The notes beneath the pieces are model-generated. The model worked only from the letters and a program-made list of their open reading frames with translations. It was not told where the DNA came from and made no database searches. A program made the position numbers and the translations under genes. Positions 1 through 10,739 of a DNA stretch of 20,000 nt are shown piece by piece; within the stretch, counting starts at the first letter, position 1, and each line of letters begins with the position of its first letter. The stretch comes from Chiloscyllium plagiosum (lineage: Eukaryota): contig NC_057753.1 in NCBI RefSeq assembly GCF_004010195.1, positions 4,205,608 to 4,225,607 on the forward strand, in the 5' to 3' direction.

Positions 1-249
1 GAAAGAAGAAATGTGTCTATTCCTTTTCTCATACCTGTTTTACGATCCGTGCCTGGCTACAATATTGCCTAAATCGACAGATTTATGTGGACGTGCATTT
101 ACTGAAGTTTCATTCTTTCTCTGATTTTATTCAATTCACTGCAATATTTTCTTTTGTAACGAAGGGGATGACTTCAAATATTGCCATTAGACTAAGAGTG
201 AGCTTCACCAGTTGTGCTATGCTCGTTCTAATGCACGTCCATATAATTG

Positions 250-527
250 TTCCTGTCTCTGCTCGATGTTTTGGTGCATCAGTGGTCTGCTTGTTAGCGC
301 TTATATTGGAATTTCACGAGCATCGTTTTGGTCCCAACTCCCTTGCACTGGAGATGCTATATTGCACTGACTGGAGATATGACTACTCTGCTTCTTGAGC
401 TGAAATCAGTGAAAAACGATCACAGGTTTAAGATGTCCCACCAACTGCTCATCAATTGGGTGTCCATCCAAGTACTAATATACAAATGTGCAAAATGCTT
501 TTTATTCTGCAACCTATCTGTTTACCG
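250..527 (+). pseudogene. Decayed TCR/Ig V-segment relic
   Basis: FR1-like VSARCFGASVVC; then LHW (Trp 349-351)...TLLL...HRFKMS in one frame; then TNVQ..Y-S-A-T-Y-L-F-T at 503-526, three base changes from DSATYLCA. Trp-to-Cys-position spacing of ~57 codons fits a V domain. Confidence 0.45.
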
Positions 528-675
528 ATTCATTTGAGCATGTGTATTCCAGGGCTAAATACCCATTTCACAGTTGCCTACCCTGTCTTCATTCCTCTCA
601 GATCATACCAACAAGCGTGAGTAACGCCGTGCATGGAATTCTGCTTGCAGGTATTTTGTTTATTTTGTATTCCCA

Positions 676-831
676 GTGTGCAGCACCAATCACCCCATTA
701 TTGATCAGCAATCAGAAACAAGAGCTATGTGTTTAGTAATAGCACCTCATCATTCCTTCCATGATTTTTCTTCCATATTCAACATTTGCTGGGCTCAAGT
801 CACCAATGCGTCATCGACGTTGTTCACAGTG
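676..831 (+). pseudogene. Internally deleted V relic ending at an RSS heptamer
   Basis: Pyrimidine-rich acceptor (ttttgtattcccag, ends 675); FR3-like SIFNICWAQVTNAS (cf. LxISxAQVTDSA); perfect CACAGTG at 825-831. No good nonamer. Confidence 0.35.
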
Positions 832-1004
832 GATAGAACACTGTTGGATTGAGATATCAAAGAGGAGTCTTGTTTGCCCTATTTAGGGCAGACTCAAACA
901 TTATTATGATCTCTTTTCCACCAAATGTGGGAGAGTCCAGAGACCTCTCCGAATCTTTCTTTCATGTAGAACACAGTTGCCCTCTTATCCACAGCTGAGG
1001 TCCG

Positions 1005-1161
1005 TGGTCAATGCCACTTTATCTTTCCCATGCACATTTGTTACATGCAACTTTACGTCAGTGCTTCCCACACTCCCTTTGATGACACGTCTAATCCTTT
1101 TGAGTACACGATCAGTAATGTACTACTTATTGATCGGCCTTAGGTTCCCCGTGATCTCAAG
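1005..1161 (+). pseudogene. V relic (FR3 best preserved)
   Basis: DDTSNPFEYTISNVLLID-R-P-*-V-P-R-D-L-K keeps the spacing of LTISxxxxxD-S-A-V-Y-Y-C-A-L (cgt for tgt at 1150, gat for gct); NATLSFPCTF upstream. Confidence 0.35.
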
Positions 1162-1491
1162 ATTTTACCATACATCGTTGCCGTCAGGTCTTGGGGACTC
1201 CATTAATTTACTCTCCAATTCAATGGTTCTACTCTTTCTCGAGCAGTTCCTCGGCCTGCGTATCTCGAAAGAGTGCTTGAATTTTATTATTCATTGCTCC
1301 CGCTATGAAATTCTTTACTAATATTATATTTCTTCCTAATCTAATCACAAGAGGTAGAAAAGTATGCTACTCCTGAAAAACTCATAATGTCCCTGTTAAA
1401 ATCAGATTAATCTAAAGAAAGTCATATCGATACACCTTGGTTAGAGTTCTTTAGCCAGCAAGTTGTGAACCCGCAATTATAATTCCTTCTC

Positions 1492-2979
1492 ATGGCCAGA
1501 TGTCTGCAAGTATCTGCAAGTCATTGGTCGACAGGCTTCGTACCAGCGGACTGGACGATTGCAAATGTTGTGCCCTTGTTCAAGGAGGGGAGTAGAGATG
1601 ACCCAGGTAATTATAGACAGGTGAGCCTTACTTCTATTGTAGGAAAGGTTTTGGAAAGGGTTATAAGAGATAGGATTTATAATCATCTAGCGAGCAGCAA
1701 ATTGATTTCAGGTAGGAAATATGTTTTCTTCGTGTCTCACAAACCTCATTGAGTTTTTTGAAAAGGTGACCAAGCATGTAGATGAGGGTAGGTAAGTTGA
1801 CGTGATTTATATGGACTTCAGTAAAGCCTTTGATAAGGTTCCCCATGGTTGGCTGTTGGATAAAGAGCAGAGGCATGGGATTGAAGGTGATTTAGCAGTT
1901 TGAATTAGAAACTGGCTTTCTGAAAAAAGGCAGTGAGTGATGGAAAATATTCAGCCTGGAATCTGGTTACTAGTGGTGTGCCACAAGTATCAATTTTGGG
2001 ACCACTGCTGTTTGTCATTTTTATAAATGACTCAAACGCAGGCATAGGTGGATACATTAGTAAATTTGCAGATAACACTAAAGTCGGCGGAGTAGTGGAC
2101 AGTTTGGAAGAATGTTACAGGTTGCAGGGGGCCTTGGATAATCTGCAGAATTGGGATGAAAGGTGGCAAATGGAGTTCAGTGCAGCTAAATGTGAGGTGA
2201 TTCATTTTGGAAAGAATAACAGGAAGGCAGAGTACTGCGTCGATGGAATGATTCTTGGGAGTGTGGATGTGCAGAGCGATCTTGGAGTCCATGTACATCT
2301 CTAACCTGAAAGTTGCCTCCCAGGTTGTTGGTGCTGTTCAGAAGGCATATGGTGTGTTAGGTTTCATTGGGAGAGGGATTGAGTTCTGGAGCTGCAATAT
2401 CATGCTGCAGCTACATAAAATGCTAGTTCGACCGCAATTGGAAAATTGTGTACAGTTCTGGTCGCCATATTCCGGGAAGGTTGTGGAATCATTGGAACAG
2501 GTGTAGAGGAAATTTACTAGGATGTTGCCTGGTCTGGAGGGAAGGTTAACTTATGAGGAAAGGCTAAGAGACTTGGGTATGTTCTCATTGGAGAGAAGAA
2601 GGCTAAGAGGGGATTTGATAGAGACGTACAAGAAGATCAGAGGATTGGATAGGGGAGACAGGGAAATTCCTTTTCCTAGGATGATGATGTCAGCTTGTAC
2701 GAGGGAGCAAAACTTAAAATTGAGCTATGATAGATTTAAGACCGATGACAGAGGAATGTTCTTTATTCAGAGAGTGTTAAGGGTGTAGGTTGCCCTACCT
2801 GCCAATGTAGATGACCCAGCCACATGAGGGAGATTTAAACAATACTTGGATGAGCACGTGGATGACGATTTGATAGCGTAGGGGGACGAGCTGAGAATAA
2901 TTCATAGGTTGTCACAACATTGAGGGCTGAAGGGCCTTTTCTGTAATGTATTGTTTTATATTCTATGTTCTATCTTCTA
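1492..2979 (+). mobile_element. CR1 LINE, 5'-truncated, degenerate ORF2 RT plus 3' UTR
   Basis: PADWTIANVVPLFK, PGNYRQVSLTSIVGK, MDFSKAFDKVPH, VTSGVPQ, KFADNTK, YEERLRDLGMFSLERRRLRGDLIE across frameshifts; TTCTATG-type tail at ~2961-2979. Confidence 0.95.
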
Positions 2980-3118
2980 AGTGTGTTTTAAACAGGAGAT
3001 TGCTTCTCTTTCGCAATTTACTGTCCATATTCTAAACATTTCTACACTGCTGCATGTGCCGTTCTCTTTTGGCTGAACGAACCATGTCATGTGGGGTACA
3101 TTGCAGGGTAACTGGGAT

Positions 3119-3345
3119 AAGATGGAGGAAAGGCAGCAACAGCATGGACCCATTGTCTTTTGCCTCTGCAAGAACTATCCCTGATTGACATACCACTAGC
3201 ACTAAGTGCAGGACTGGAGACGTGGATGAAATGATCTATTTCAGATCTCAAGCGACTTCCCAGTGGAGCTTTCAGAATCACGAAATATTTCAGACGGAAT
3301 CACTCAGACCAACATGACTGTGCAGTTTCTCTGTGCTTTTTTCTT
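3119..3345 (+). pseudogene. Decayed TCR V relic
   Basis: K-M-E-(G)-K-A-A-T FR1 (1-nt gap); R-FPVEL at 3253-3271; D-C-A-V-S-L-C at 3316-3336 (cf. DSAVYxC), also readable as ..L-C-A-F. Confidence 0.4.
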
Positions 3346-3831
3346 GCCAATGTTCTGCCTTTTCCTTGCAACACCGATTCTGATGAATTTATAAAGTGAC
3401 GTCTTAAATGTATAATCAACCTTTTGTCACATCCATTGTGTGATTTAAAACGGTAGGAAAAAAAACAGGAAGATAGATGCAACAGAAGATGTTTTTCAGT
3501 TTTCATTTTATCGCCTTTACTGATAGATCAGCAATTCCTGCATCCTAGCCTCTGGAAACATTCCGGGATGGTCTTTCAAGGACATATACAATAGTGTGAC
3601 ACTGAGACACATTTGGGGAAGTGAGCAAAATCTAGTTCAAAGAATGCAGGCTTTCAGAACTAGCCTATGAAAAGCATACATATCATGTTCGAGGGAATAG
3701 CAATTGTTGTTGGTACAGATGAGGGAATTGTTTCATTTTCATGGAAAGACAAGGTCTGGAGGAGAAAAGAGACTAGTTTTGAAAAAAGAAAACAAGTAGC
3801 AAAGAGCGATGTCGGTAGCAGTGTCGTTAAT

Positions 3832-3903
3832 TCTCTGTTCGTCGAGTAGTTGGCATTTAATACTCTTCCTACTGCAGCCGGGGTTCAACTCCCTCTCAGG
3901 GAT
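3832..3903 (+). pseudogene. tRNA-Glu-derived pseudogene
   Basis: 72-nt ungapped match, about two-thirds identical by eye to vertebrate tRNA-Glu(CTC) as I recall it; acceptor TCTCTG/CAGGGA, T-arm GGGTTCAACTCCC; many changes are CpG transitions; anticodon arm degraded. Confidence 0.7.
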
Positions 3904-4079
3904 TGATAGTTCATTTCTCGAGGGCAAGATGTCGAAATAAAATGTATTTCCTCCTTTTATTACAAATCCAAAGCAATTCCAACGGAATCGATAAGATGTA
4001 CGTTTACAGAGTATGAGTAAAATATTAAACTCTTCCTCTAATTTGTGTGTCAGGACATTTCAGTCCTTCGTAATTTCAG

Positions 4080-4340
4080 ATCTTTTTTAACTGGAGGGGA
4101 AAATTCATGTGACCAGAGGTGAGTATATGACCGAATAATGAATGCCAATAACTCATCATAGCTAGCCCGTTTCGTTAATGTCTGGTTTTTAAACAGAATC
4201 CTTCGAGGGAAATTCTTGCACGATCGAAGTTGAATTGGACATGCACTGGTTAAAAATCACGTCAAATGGGAAACATTTGTCAGGAGAATTGGATACTGAA
4301 CAGGAATGTTCACATGAATATGAACTTCGTCTCCTTCACT
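4080..4340 (+). pseudogene. Decayed TCR V relic
   Basis: GENS(V)T and GEYMT..MN(C)Q FR1-like; W-F-[tt]-K-Q-N-P at 4183-4202; GKHLSGELDTEQ at 4268-4303 (cf. GERFSAELDT); ELRL. Second Cys not retained. Confidence 0.4.
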
Positions 4341-4617
4341 GGTGGGTCAGAACAGGGCTGGCCCTCAACATTGCGCTCAAATGAAATTTTTGAATGATTG
4401 CATCAGGGCAACTGATAATTGAATCCATCATGATTGTGGTTAGTCATGATGGCTGCAATGTAACCAGTCTCAATGCCGTACCACGACTGTTTGCCCTGCT
4501 TCACATATTTGTCTCGTATTTCCTCTACCCTGCTGTCAGAATGAAAAAAAAACAGATTCTTTGATAGATTAAATTCCAGCCGCAGAGAACCTCTGCAGTC
4601 CCTGTCAATATTGGGAC

Positions 4618-4675
4618 TGTTGTTAATCTTCCCACGTAATCTTACTGAGAAGATTGCGTGGGAAGATCAACAACA
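4618..4675. repeat. 26-bp-arm inverted repeat (hairpin)
   Basis: TGTTGTTAATCTTCCCACGTAATCTT / loop ACTGAG / AAGATTGCGTGGGAAGATCAACAACA; 24 of 26 Watson-Crick pairs. Confidence 0.9.
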
Positions 4676-5060
4676 CACACACAGGCAGGGAATGAATACA
4701 GAGATCCTCCTGCACAGAAAGCCTCCAGTTAGCACTGTATGCTGCTATAAAAGAACAGTTGTGATTGGTCAGAAATACCATGTATGCTCATGTGTAGCAC
4801 CTGCATTGTCATCATCACTCGTCTACTGCCACTATCGGTATAATCAGTGCTTCGTGACCTCTCACTGGACATTCTTTATTTCACTCCCTCAATAGACCCA
4901 TGGGTTTGTTCTCGACCTGTTCCTCAAAAGTACCTCCTGCAGATATGCATCCTCAGCTCTCACTGAGTTGTTCTGTGCTTTTGATTTGGCAAGAAAAGCT
5001 AAAAAAAAAGTAGTGGTTGTAGAAGGCAGGGAATCTTCATTCCGCGAGTGGGAATTAATG

Positions 5061-5187
5061 TCCTTCCTGATGGCCAGGTCAGTGGAAAATGTGAATCTTG
5101 CTTGCATTGGAAATGACCTGACGTGAAAAACTGCGTGAAGTACCATGGCCGTCAAATGTGGGTGAGCGTTTGCTTAATTTTCTTTTT
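5061..5187 (+). pseudogene. 5' half of a V relic, cut off by a LINE 3' end
   Basis: SFLMARSVENVNLAC (Cys 5103-5105); tgg-c-cgt-caa = W-(Y)-R-Q about 14 codons later; then GERLLNFLF. Confidence 0.4.
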
Positions 5188-5378
5188 ATTCGTATTCATT
5201 CGTGGGAAATGGGCATGGGTGGGTTCATAGTTAGACTTGAGAAGGTGCTGATGAACTCGTATCTTGAACGGCAGCAGTTCACAGGTTGTCTCACAATGTC
5301 CTCAATGAGGGAATTCCAGAATATTGAATCAGTGCCAGTGAGCGAACGTTGATCTACTGCCCTTGTGCTTCCAGATGG
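5184..5378 (-). mobile_element. 3' end of CR1/L2-group LINE, same family as 15168-18080
   Basis: Minus translation PSGSTRAVD..RSLTGTDSIFWNSL..FKIRVHQHLLKSN followed by a short cccacgaatgaata-A-rich tail. Confidence 0.65.
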
Positions 5379-5416
5379 ATTTTCCCCTTGTCTTTTCCAC
5401 TGCCCTGATAGATGCC

Positions 5417-6650
5417 ATTTCCAGTGCGAGCAGCAGCGAAGGTAAGACCGTTTGGTTTTAAAAGTACTTACCGGTAGCGGGCAGCGGTGTTTTTTTTTTC
5501 TCTTTCACTCTCTCTTCACAGAAAGAGCGAGAGCACCAGGGGGAAGTGACGACGACCAGAGGGGCAGCCGAGACACGGAAGCAGTTAGTGTAAGCTTACC
5601 TGGGTAGGTTTTTTCCCCCTTTAAAAGCGCGAAGGAGAGGAACCCGAGGCACTACACGGGTAGTGCCTCCCACCCGCCCTCCTCCTCTAACCTAATAATA
5701 ACACCTGTTGTGGTAAGTAGGTAAGTGCTGAATTTTGCTTGTTGTATCCTTTAGACCCAGTTTTTTTTAAAATAAAAGTTAGCTTTAGAGGGATGGCAGT
5801 GAAGGCAGTACAATGTTCCTCCTGCAACATGTATGAGGTGAGCGATGCCATCGACGTCCCTGCCGATTACACTTGCAGGAAGTGCACCCACCTCCAGCTC
5901 CTCCAAGACCGTGTTAGGGAACTGGAGCTGGAGTTGGATGAACTTCGGATCATTCGGGAGGCAGAGGGGGCCATAGATCAGAGTTATAGGGAAGTAGTAA
6001 CCCCAAAGATGGCAGATAGATGGGTGACAATGAGGGGGACTGGGAGGAAGCAGCCAGTGCAGGGACCCCCTGCAGCCGTTCCCCTCAAGAACAAGTATAC
6101 CGTTTTGGATACTTGTGGGGGGGACGACTTACCAGAGGTAAGTAATGGGGCTCAGGCCTCTGGCACGGAGCCTGTCCCCGTTACCCAGAAGGGAAGGGTG
6201 AAGAAGAGCAAAGCAGTAGTAATTGGGGACTCGATAGTTAGGGGCACAGACAGGCGGTTTTGTGGGAACGAGAGAGACTCACGTTTGGTATGTTGCCTCC
6301 CAGGTGCAAGGGTACGTGACGTCTCTGATCGTGTTTTCCGGGTCCTGGAGGGAGAGGGGGAGCAACCCGATGTCGTGGTCCACTTTGGCACCTACGACAT
6401 AGGTAGGAGGAGTGCCGAGGATGTTAGACAGGCTTTCAGGGAGCTAGGTTGGAAGCTCAGAGTTAGAACGAACAGAGTTGTTGTCTCTGGTTTGTTACCC
6501 GTGCCACGTGATAGAGATTCGAGGAATAGGGAAAGAGAACACTTAAATGCGTGGCTACAGGGATGGTGCAGGAGGGAGGGAATCCGGTTTTTGGATAACT
6601 GGGGTTCTTTCTGGGGACGGTGGGACCTCTATAAACAGGATGGCCTACAC
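5417..6650 (+). mobile_element. CR1 LINE 5' UTR plus ORF1, 3'-truncated
   Basis: GC-richer leader followed by a typical CR1 ORF1; homology stops right after DGLH at 6650. The 5' boundary is approximate. Confidence 0.9.
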
Positions 6651-6776
6651 CGAGAGAGGACTAATCCCATTGACATCAGCATGACTGCTATAGACAGGAG
6701 AACTATATATACACCCTCAGGTGACAATGAAAGCATACTGTTGAATAAACACCATAGTCTGACCATAGGAGCATGA
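5793..6776 (+). CDS. CR1 ORF1p (Cys cluster, coiled coil, SGNH esterase domain) with non-CR1 read-through tail
   Basis: ATG 5793; CSSC..CRKC; LQDRVRELELELDEL coiled coil; SGNH blocks VIGDS, LPGA, HFGTYD (normally GTND), DGLH. The last ~41 codons come from flanking DNA. Confidence 0.85.
   Translation: MAVKAVQCSSCNMYEVSDAIDVPADYTCRKCTHLQLLQDRVRELELELDELRIIREAEGAIDQSYREVVTPKMADRWVTMRGTGRKQPVQGPPAAVPLKNKYTVLDTCGGDDLPEVSNGAQASGTEPVPVTQKGRVKKSKAVVIGDSIVRGTDRRFCGNERDSRLVCCLPGARVRDVSDRVFRVLEGEGEQPDVVVHFGTYDIGRRSAEDVRQAFRELGWKLRVRTNRVVVSGLLPVPRDRDSRNREREHLNAWLQGWCRREGIRFLDNWGSFWGRWDLYKQDGLHRERTNPIDISMTAIDRRTIYTPSGDNESILLNKHHSLTIGA
6655..6753 (+). pseudogene. 3' end of a V relic with RSS-like signal
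   Basis: RT-IPLT-ISMTAI..D..IY with frameshifts (cf. KTIPLTIS); ctc agg then GACAATG (6723-6729), a 15-nt spacer and ATAAACACC (6745-6753). Confidence 0.3.
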
Positions 6777-6904
6777 GCCCTTCTTCAGGCTCATGCCCAA
6801 AACGTCGATTCTCCTGCTCCTTGGATGCTGCCTGACCTGCTGCGCTTTTCCAGCAACACATTTTTCAGCTCTGATCTCCAGCATCTGCAGTCCTCACTTT
6901 CTCC
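6771..6904 (+). mobile_element. Penelope-like mini-element copy 1
   Basis: ctcatgcccaaaacgtcgattctcctgctccttggatgctgcctgacc...ctcactttctcc, shared with three other copies in the window; short inverted head. Confidence 0.8.
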
Positions 6905-7611
6905 AAATAGATAGAACTAACAGGTGATGGATCCATGACATTACTGTCATTTAGCTGATGTTTTTAACAGCTGTGATTGTGATTATCTGATATAAGGCCA
7001 TACCCTCAGTCTTCTTTTGACTGAACTGGCAAAGTGTGCCTGTGCCAAATGCCAATATTTCTGTTGTTGACTGTACTTTAGTGAAAGTGACCCCAGGGAC
7101 CAGGTCTGCAATAATTACTCCAGCAAAGAAATCAGTTGATAGGCTGTCCATTTAACAAAATAAAAACAGTATAATTTGGAAATCTCGAATGTGTGAAAAC
7201 TTCTGACTTGCAATGACTTAAGTGTAGTTCAAATTGTGGTTCATTTTAAAAAGTAATTGTGCCATCTTTTGCCAATTACCAACTAGAAACAGACGTGAGA
7301 CACCAGAAAGCAGTCCTACGTCAGCAAGATGAACTTTTTACATTCTCAGATAAACGTTCAGATCTCAACATCACATAAGTCTCATGAAAGAATAATGAGT
7401 TAAAACATGGAGCTGTAAGGAATACTATCTGAAAATGAAGGTACTGGTGGTAGTGGAGTTCTGTTTTAAAGGAGAGAAGATGAATCAGGCCAATATGGAT
7501 GACATGGAAATGCTGCTGTTTCTTCCAGAAGTGAGGGAAATGTCAGGCAGAATCTCAAAGGGCACAGAGGACAGAATGTTACATTCCTAGAGTGCTGCTT
7601 GGCATGTGGCT

Positions 7612-7741
7612 GGGAATCCTGATGAAGGGCTTATGCCCGAAATGTCAATTCTCCCACTCCTCGGATGCTGCCTGACCTGTGCTTTTCCAACGCCACACTC
7701 TTGACTCTGATCTCCAGCATCATCAGTCTTCACTTTCTCCT
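7612..7741 (+). mobile_element. Penelope-like mini-element copy 2 with minimal hammerhead motif
   Basis: GGGAATC-CTGATGA-A-GGGC-TTAT-GCCC-GAAA-T-GTC-AATTCTC at 7612-7653, then the same tail as the other copies. Confidence 0.8.
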
Positions 7742-7878
7742 GGGGAACTCACTGGAGTAAGGGCTGATCCCCATCAACTTTTTTGACATTTAAAACAGGG
7801 TCATTAAATACTTTTAAGGGAAAGGTGGGTAGATTCTTGTTCAGCTGGGATGGAAAGGTGGAATTTAAAACACGAACC

Positions 7879-8046
7879 GACTGGCACTGACCTAAGCACC
7901 GGAAATGACAACAGCAGACCCAGCCTTGTTCACATTGCAAAGTCCTCCTTACAAATGGGGAGTAAAATTTAGGAAAGCTGTCTCAGAGACTAGTCAAGTA
8001 ACAGCCTGACACAGTCATACTCACAGAACAAACCTTACAATGTCCC
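7879..8046 (+). mobile_element. Fragment of the tRNA-headed LINE family (endonuclease N-terminus)
   Basis: [20 protein letters not shown]; reverse-complement similarity to ~17580-17730 in this window. Confidence 0.65.
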
Positions 8047-8050
8047 CATT

Positions 8051-9151
8051 GGAGGTATGGCATTGAGGGTGAGTTGGAGGTTTGGATTAGGAATTGGCTG
8101 GATGGAAGAAGACAGAGGGTAGTAGTTGATGGCAAATGTTCATCTTGGAGTGCCGTCACTAGCGGTGTTCCGCAAGGATCTGTTTTGGGACCATTGCTGT
8201 TTGTCATTTTTATAAATGACCTGGAAGAGGGGTTAGAAGGTTGGGTGAGCAAGTTTGCGGATGATACGAAAGTCTGAGGAGTTGTTGACAGTGAGGAAGG
8301 ATGTGGCAGGTTACAGCGGGATATAGATAAGCTTTAGAACTGGGCAGAAAGGTGGCAAATGTAGTTCAATGTAGCTAAGTGTGAGGTGATTCACTTTGGG
8401 AAGAATAACAAAAAGATGGGGTACTGGGCTAATGGTCGGATACTTGGTAGTGTGGATGAGCAGAGGGATCTTGGTGTCCATGTACACAAATCTTTGAAAG
8501 TTGCCACTCAGGTAAATAGTGCGGTGAGGAAGGCATATGGCGTACTGGCTTTTATTGGTAGAGGGATTGAGTTCCGGAGTCCTGGGGTCATGTTGCAGTT
8601 GTATAAGACTCTGGTGCGGCTGCATCTGGAGTATTGTGTGCAGTTTTTGTCGCCATACTATAGGAAGGATGTGGAGGCACTGGAACGGGTGCAGAGGAGG
8701 TTTACCAGGATGTTGCCTGGTATGGAAGGAAGATCGTATGAGGAAAGACTGAGACACTTGGGGCTGTTTTCATTAGAGAAAAGAAGGTTTAGGGGTGACT
8801 TGATTGAGGTGTACAAGATGATTAGGGGGTTAGATAGGGTTGACAGTGTGAACCTTTTCCCGCGTATGGAGTCGGGTATTACAAGGGGGCATAGCTTTAA
8901 ATTAAGCGGGGGTTGATATAGGACTGAAGTTAGGTGTAGGTTCTTCACTCAGCGAGTCGTAAGTTCATGGAATGCCCTGCCAGTAGCAGTGGTGGACTCT
9001 CCCTCTTTATGGGCATTTAAGCGGGCATTGGATAGGTATATGGAGGATAGTGGGTTAGTATAGGTTAGGTGGGCTTGGATCGGCGCAACATCGAGGGCCA
9101 AAGGGCCTGTACTGCGCTGTATTCTTCTATGTTCTATGTTCTATGTTCTAT
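8051..9151 (+). mobile_element. Young CR1 LINE, 5'-truncated RT C-terminus plus 3' UTR
   Basis: [62 protein letters not shown] in one frame with isolated stops; four TTCTATG units at the end. Confidence 0.97.
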
Positions 9152-9785
9152 GTCCATCTGATCCTCCAGACTGACTCATTAGAAGCAAAATATATAAGAA
9201 AGGATGTCATGCGAAGGGAAGAACTCTTTAATGGACTCACTGAGTTCATTTGGTAAAATAATCACACTCGTAATTTTCATTTTACAGAAACGATTGCAGT
9301 TTCTTGAAGGGTAAATAAAGCGGGCATGCACTCACTCTTTTGATATGAGGAATGTTTACGCTGACTTGAAATGTCAAGGAAGGGTTAATTGTGTTAAATG
9401 CTGTTGTCATTGTTGTAGTTTGACAGCAATTTTCCCATTGCCAAGCTGAACTGAATCTCACTGTTCCTTCTAGTGAATCTGTCTTATCCAGAAAGGAAGC
9501 AGTTCCAGACAGTGTATGGAGCATGCACAGAAACATTAATGTCTGTTGACCGATGCTTTTGGACTCTGATCCTAAAAATCGTGATAATGGAGAGGAGCGG
9601 AGGGAGTCATGTGTCTGGTGGGTGGAACGGAGAGTTTTTTTGAACATTTTGAGTGAACTGTAAAACACAGGTACATAATGTCTCATGTATCAAAATTTGC
9701 TGCTTTGTTTTGTCACCTGAAGATTTAGGACAGAAATCAAGGCCCTGTGTCGACGTTATTTTCGAATCAAGTGATTGCCAAATAT

Positions 9786-9975
9786 GTTGAGGGGCAATAA
9801 GTAGCAGAGAACAGGCACAGCTCTTTCAGAAGTGGTGAGATCGTACCAGCAAATTGAAACTAAATGAATTGTTTTCTGTTCCGTCTTCCTATCCTTGCCT
9901 GACAGTGATGGATGATATAAACTTCTTATACAGGATATTAGATAGACCTTTAGCCTATTACCTGTGTGCTATCGT
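9786..9975 (+). pseudogene. Decayed V relic
   Basis: VEGQ*VAEN; S-Y-Q-Q at 9841 (tcg for tgg); ELFSV; LAYYLCAI with Cys at 9965-9967. Confidence 0.4.
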
Positions 9976-10739
9976 CTGTGGCAGACTCCACTGCTCGGGA
10001 CTGGCATTGTTCCCTCACTGTGGATCTGAATCCTTGACCCCCGATCGCTCTGCTTCACTGCTGCCTTCCCTGATTACCTCGCCACCATAAAATGCCTTTC
10101 TCTTTCTCAAGTAATCATTTCATAGAAAAAAAGTCCACTTATTATTTCAACATTTTAGTCCTTTAGTATTTTTGACATATGCGTTCAATTGAGGTTTCCA
10201 CACCTGGATACCTGCTTGCTTTTGACCAGGGCAAACTCGATGCTTCAAAATTACCTTTTCTCCTCTGCTGAAGACCTGCATGAATCAATGGCCATGTGTG
10301 TCCTCCAGTGTACCTCCAGCACTTTTTTTCTTTTCATTTAAGATTTTCAGTAGTATCCCTACTTTGTGTTTCATTTGTTGCAGGCTTTGCTCACAGTTCT
10401 GAGTTCAAAAACGCTGACAAAGTAAGGGATGTTTAATAATAGGTATCGCTCTTGATTTGTAGTTCGTCCCTGGCACCCAATTAAATTGAGTAACTGAATC
10501 TTTACAATACAATGTGCCCAGCATGGTTCTTTGTGGAAACACAGCTGTTTCCCCTACTCTCCTGCCCTTTCACTAACAAGAAACTCAAATTTTGTTCAAT
10601 ATCCCCTCCCATTGGATGGGGAATGATTGAACTTTTTGAGCTATTGCATTCTCTATTGTTACTATAAGGTATCACGTATGTCTTATGATGCACAATGAAG
10701 CCATTCATCCCATACTGCTTGCAGCAGCTCTCCAGTTAC

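Noticed and set aside
740..1320. Possible very old minus-strand CR1 (ESPRPDG like KSPGPDG)
   Set aside because: Only one short motif; the + strand V-like motifs explain the region better.
3505..3830. Possible L2 3' end or another V relic
   Set aside because: Both resemblances are too weak to choose between by eye.
4746..4770. TATAAAAG plus reverse CCAAT
   Set aside because: The CCAAT lies downstream of the TATA and no intact gene follows.
7010..7070. Minus-strand ILAFGTGT..PVQS resembling a J segment
   Set aside because: No RSS at 12 or 23 spacing, no GT donor at the expected position, and opposite strand to the V relics; a short motif that can occur by chance.
8311..8948. Long minus-strand ORFs
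   Set aside because: Antisense shadows of CR1 ORF2.
9282..9686. 134-aa minus ORF, and + strand TLT*NVK..VPD V-like hints
   Set aside because: The ORF has no recognisable domain; the + strand V motifs have poor spacing and no DxAxYxC.
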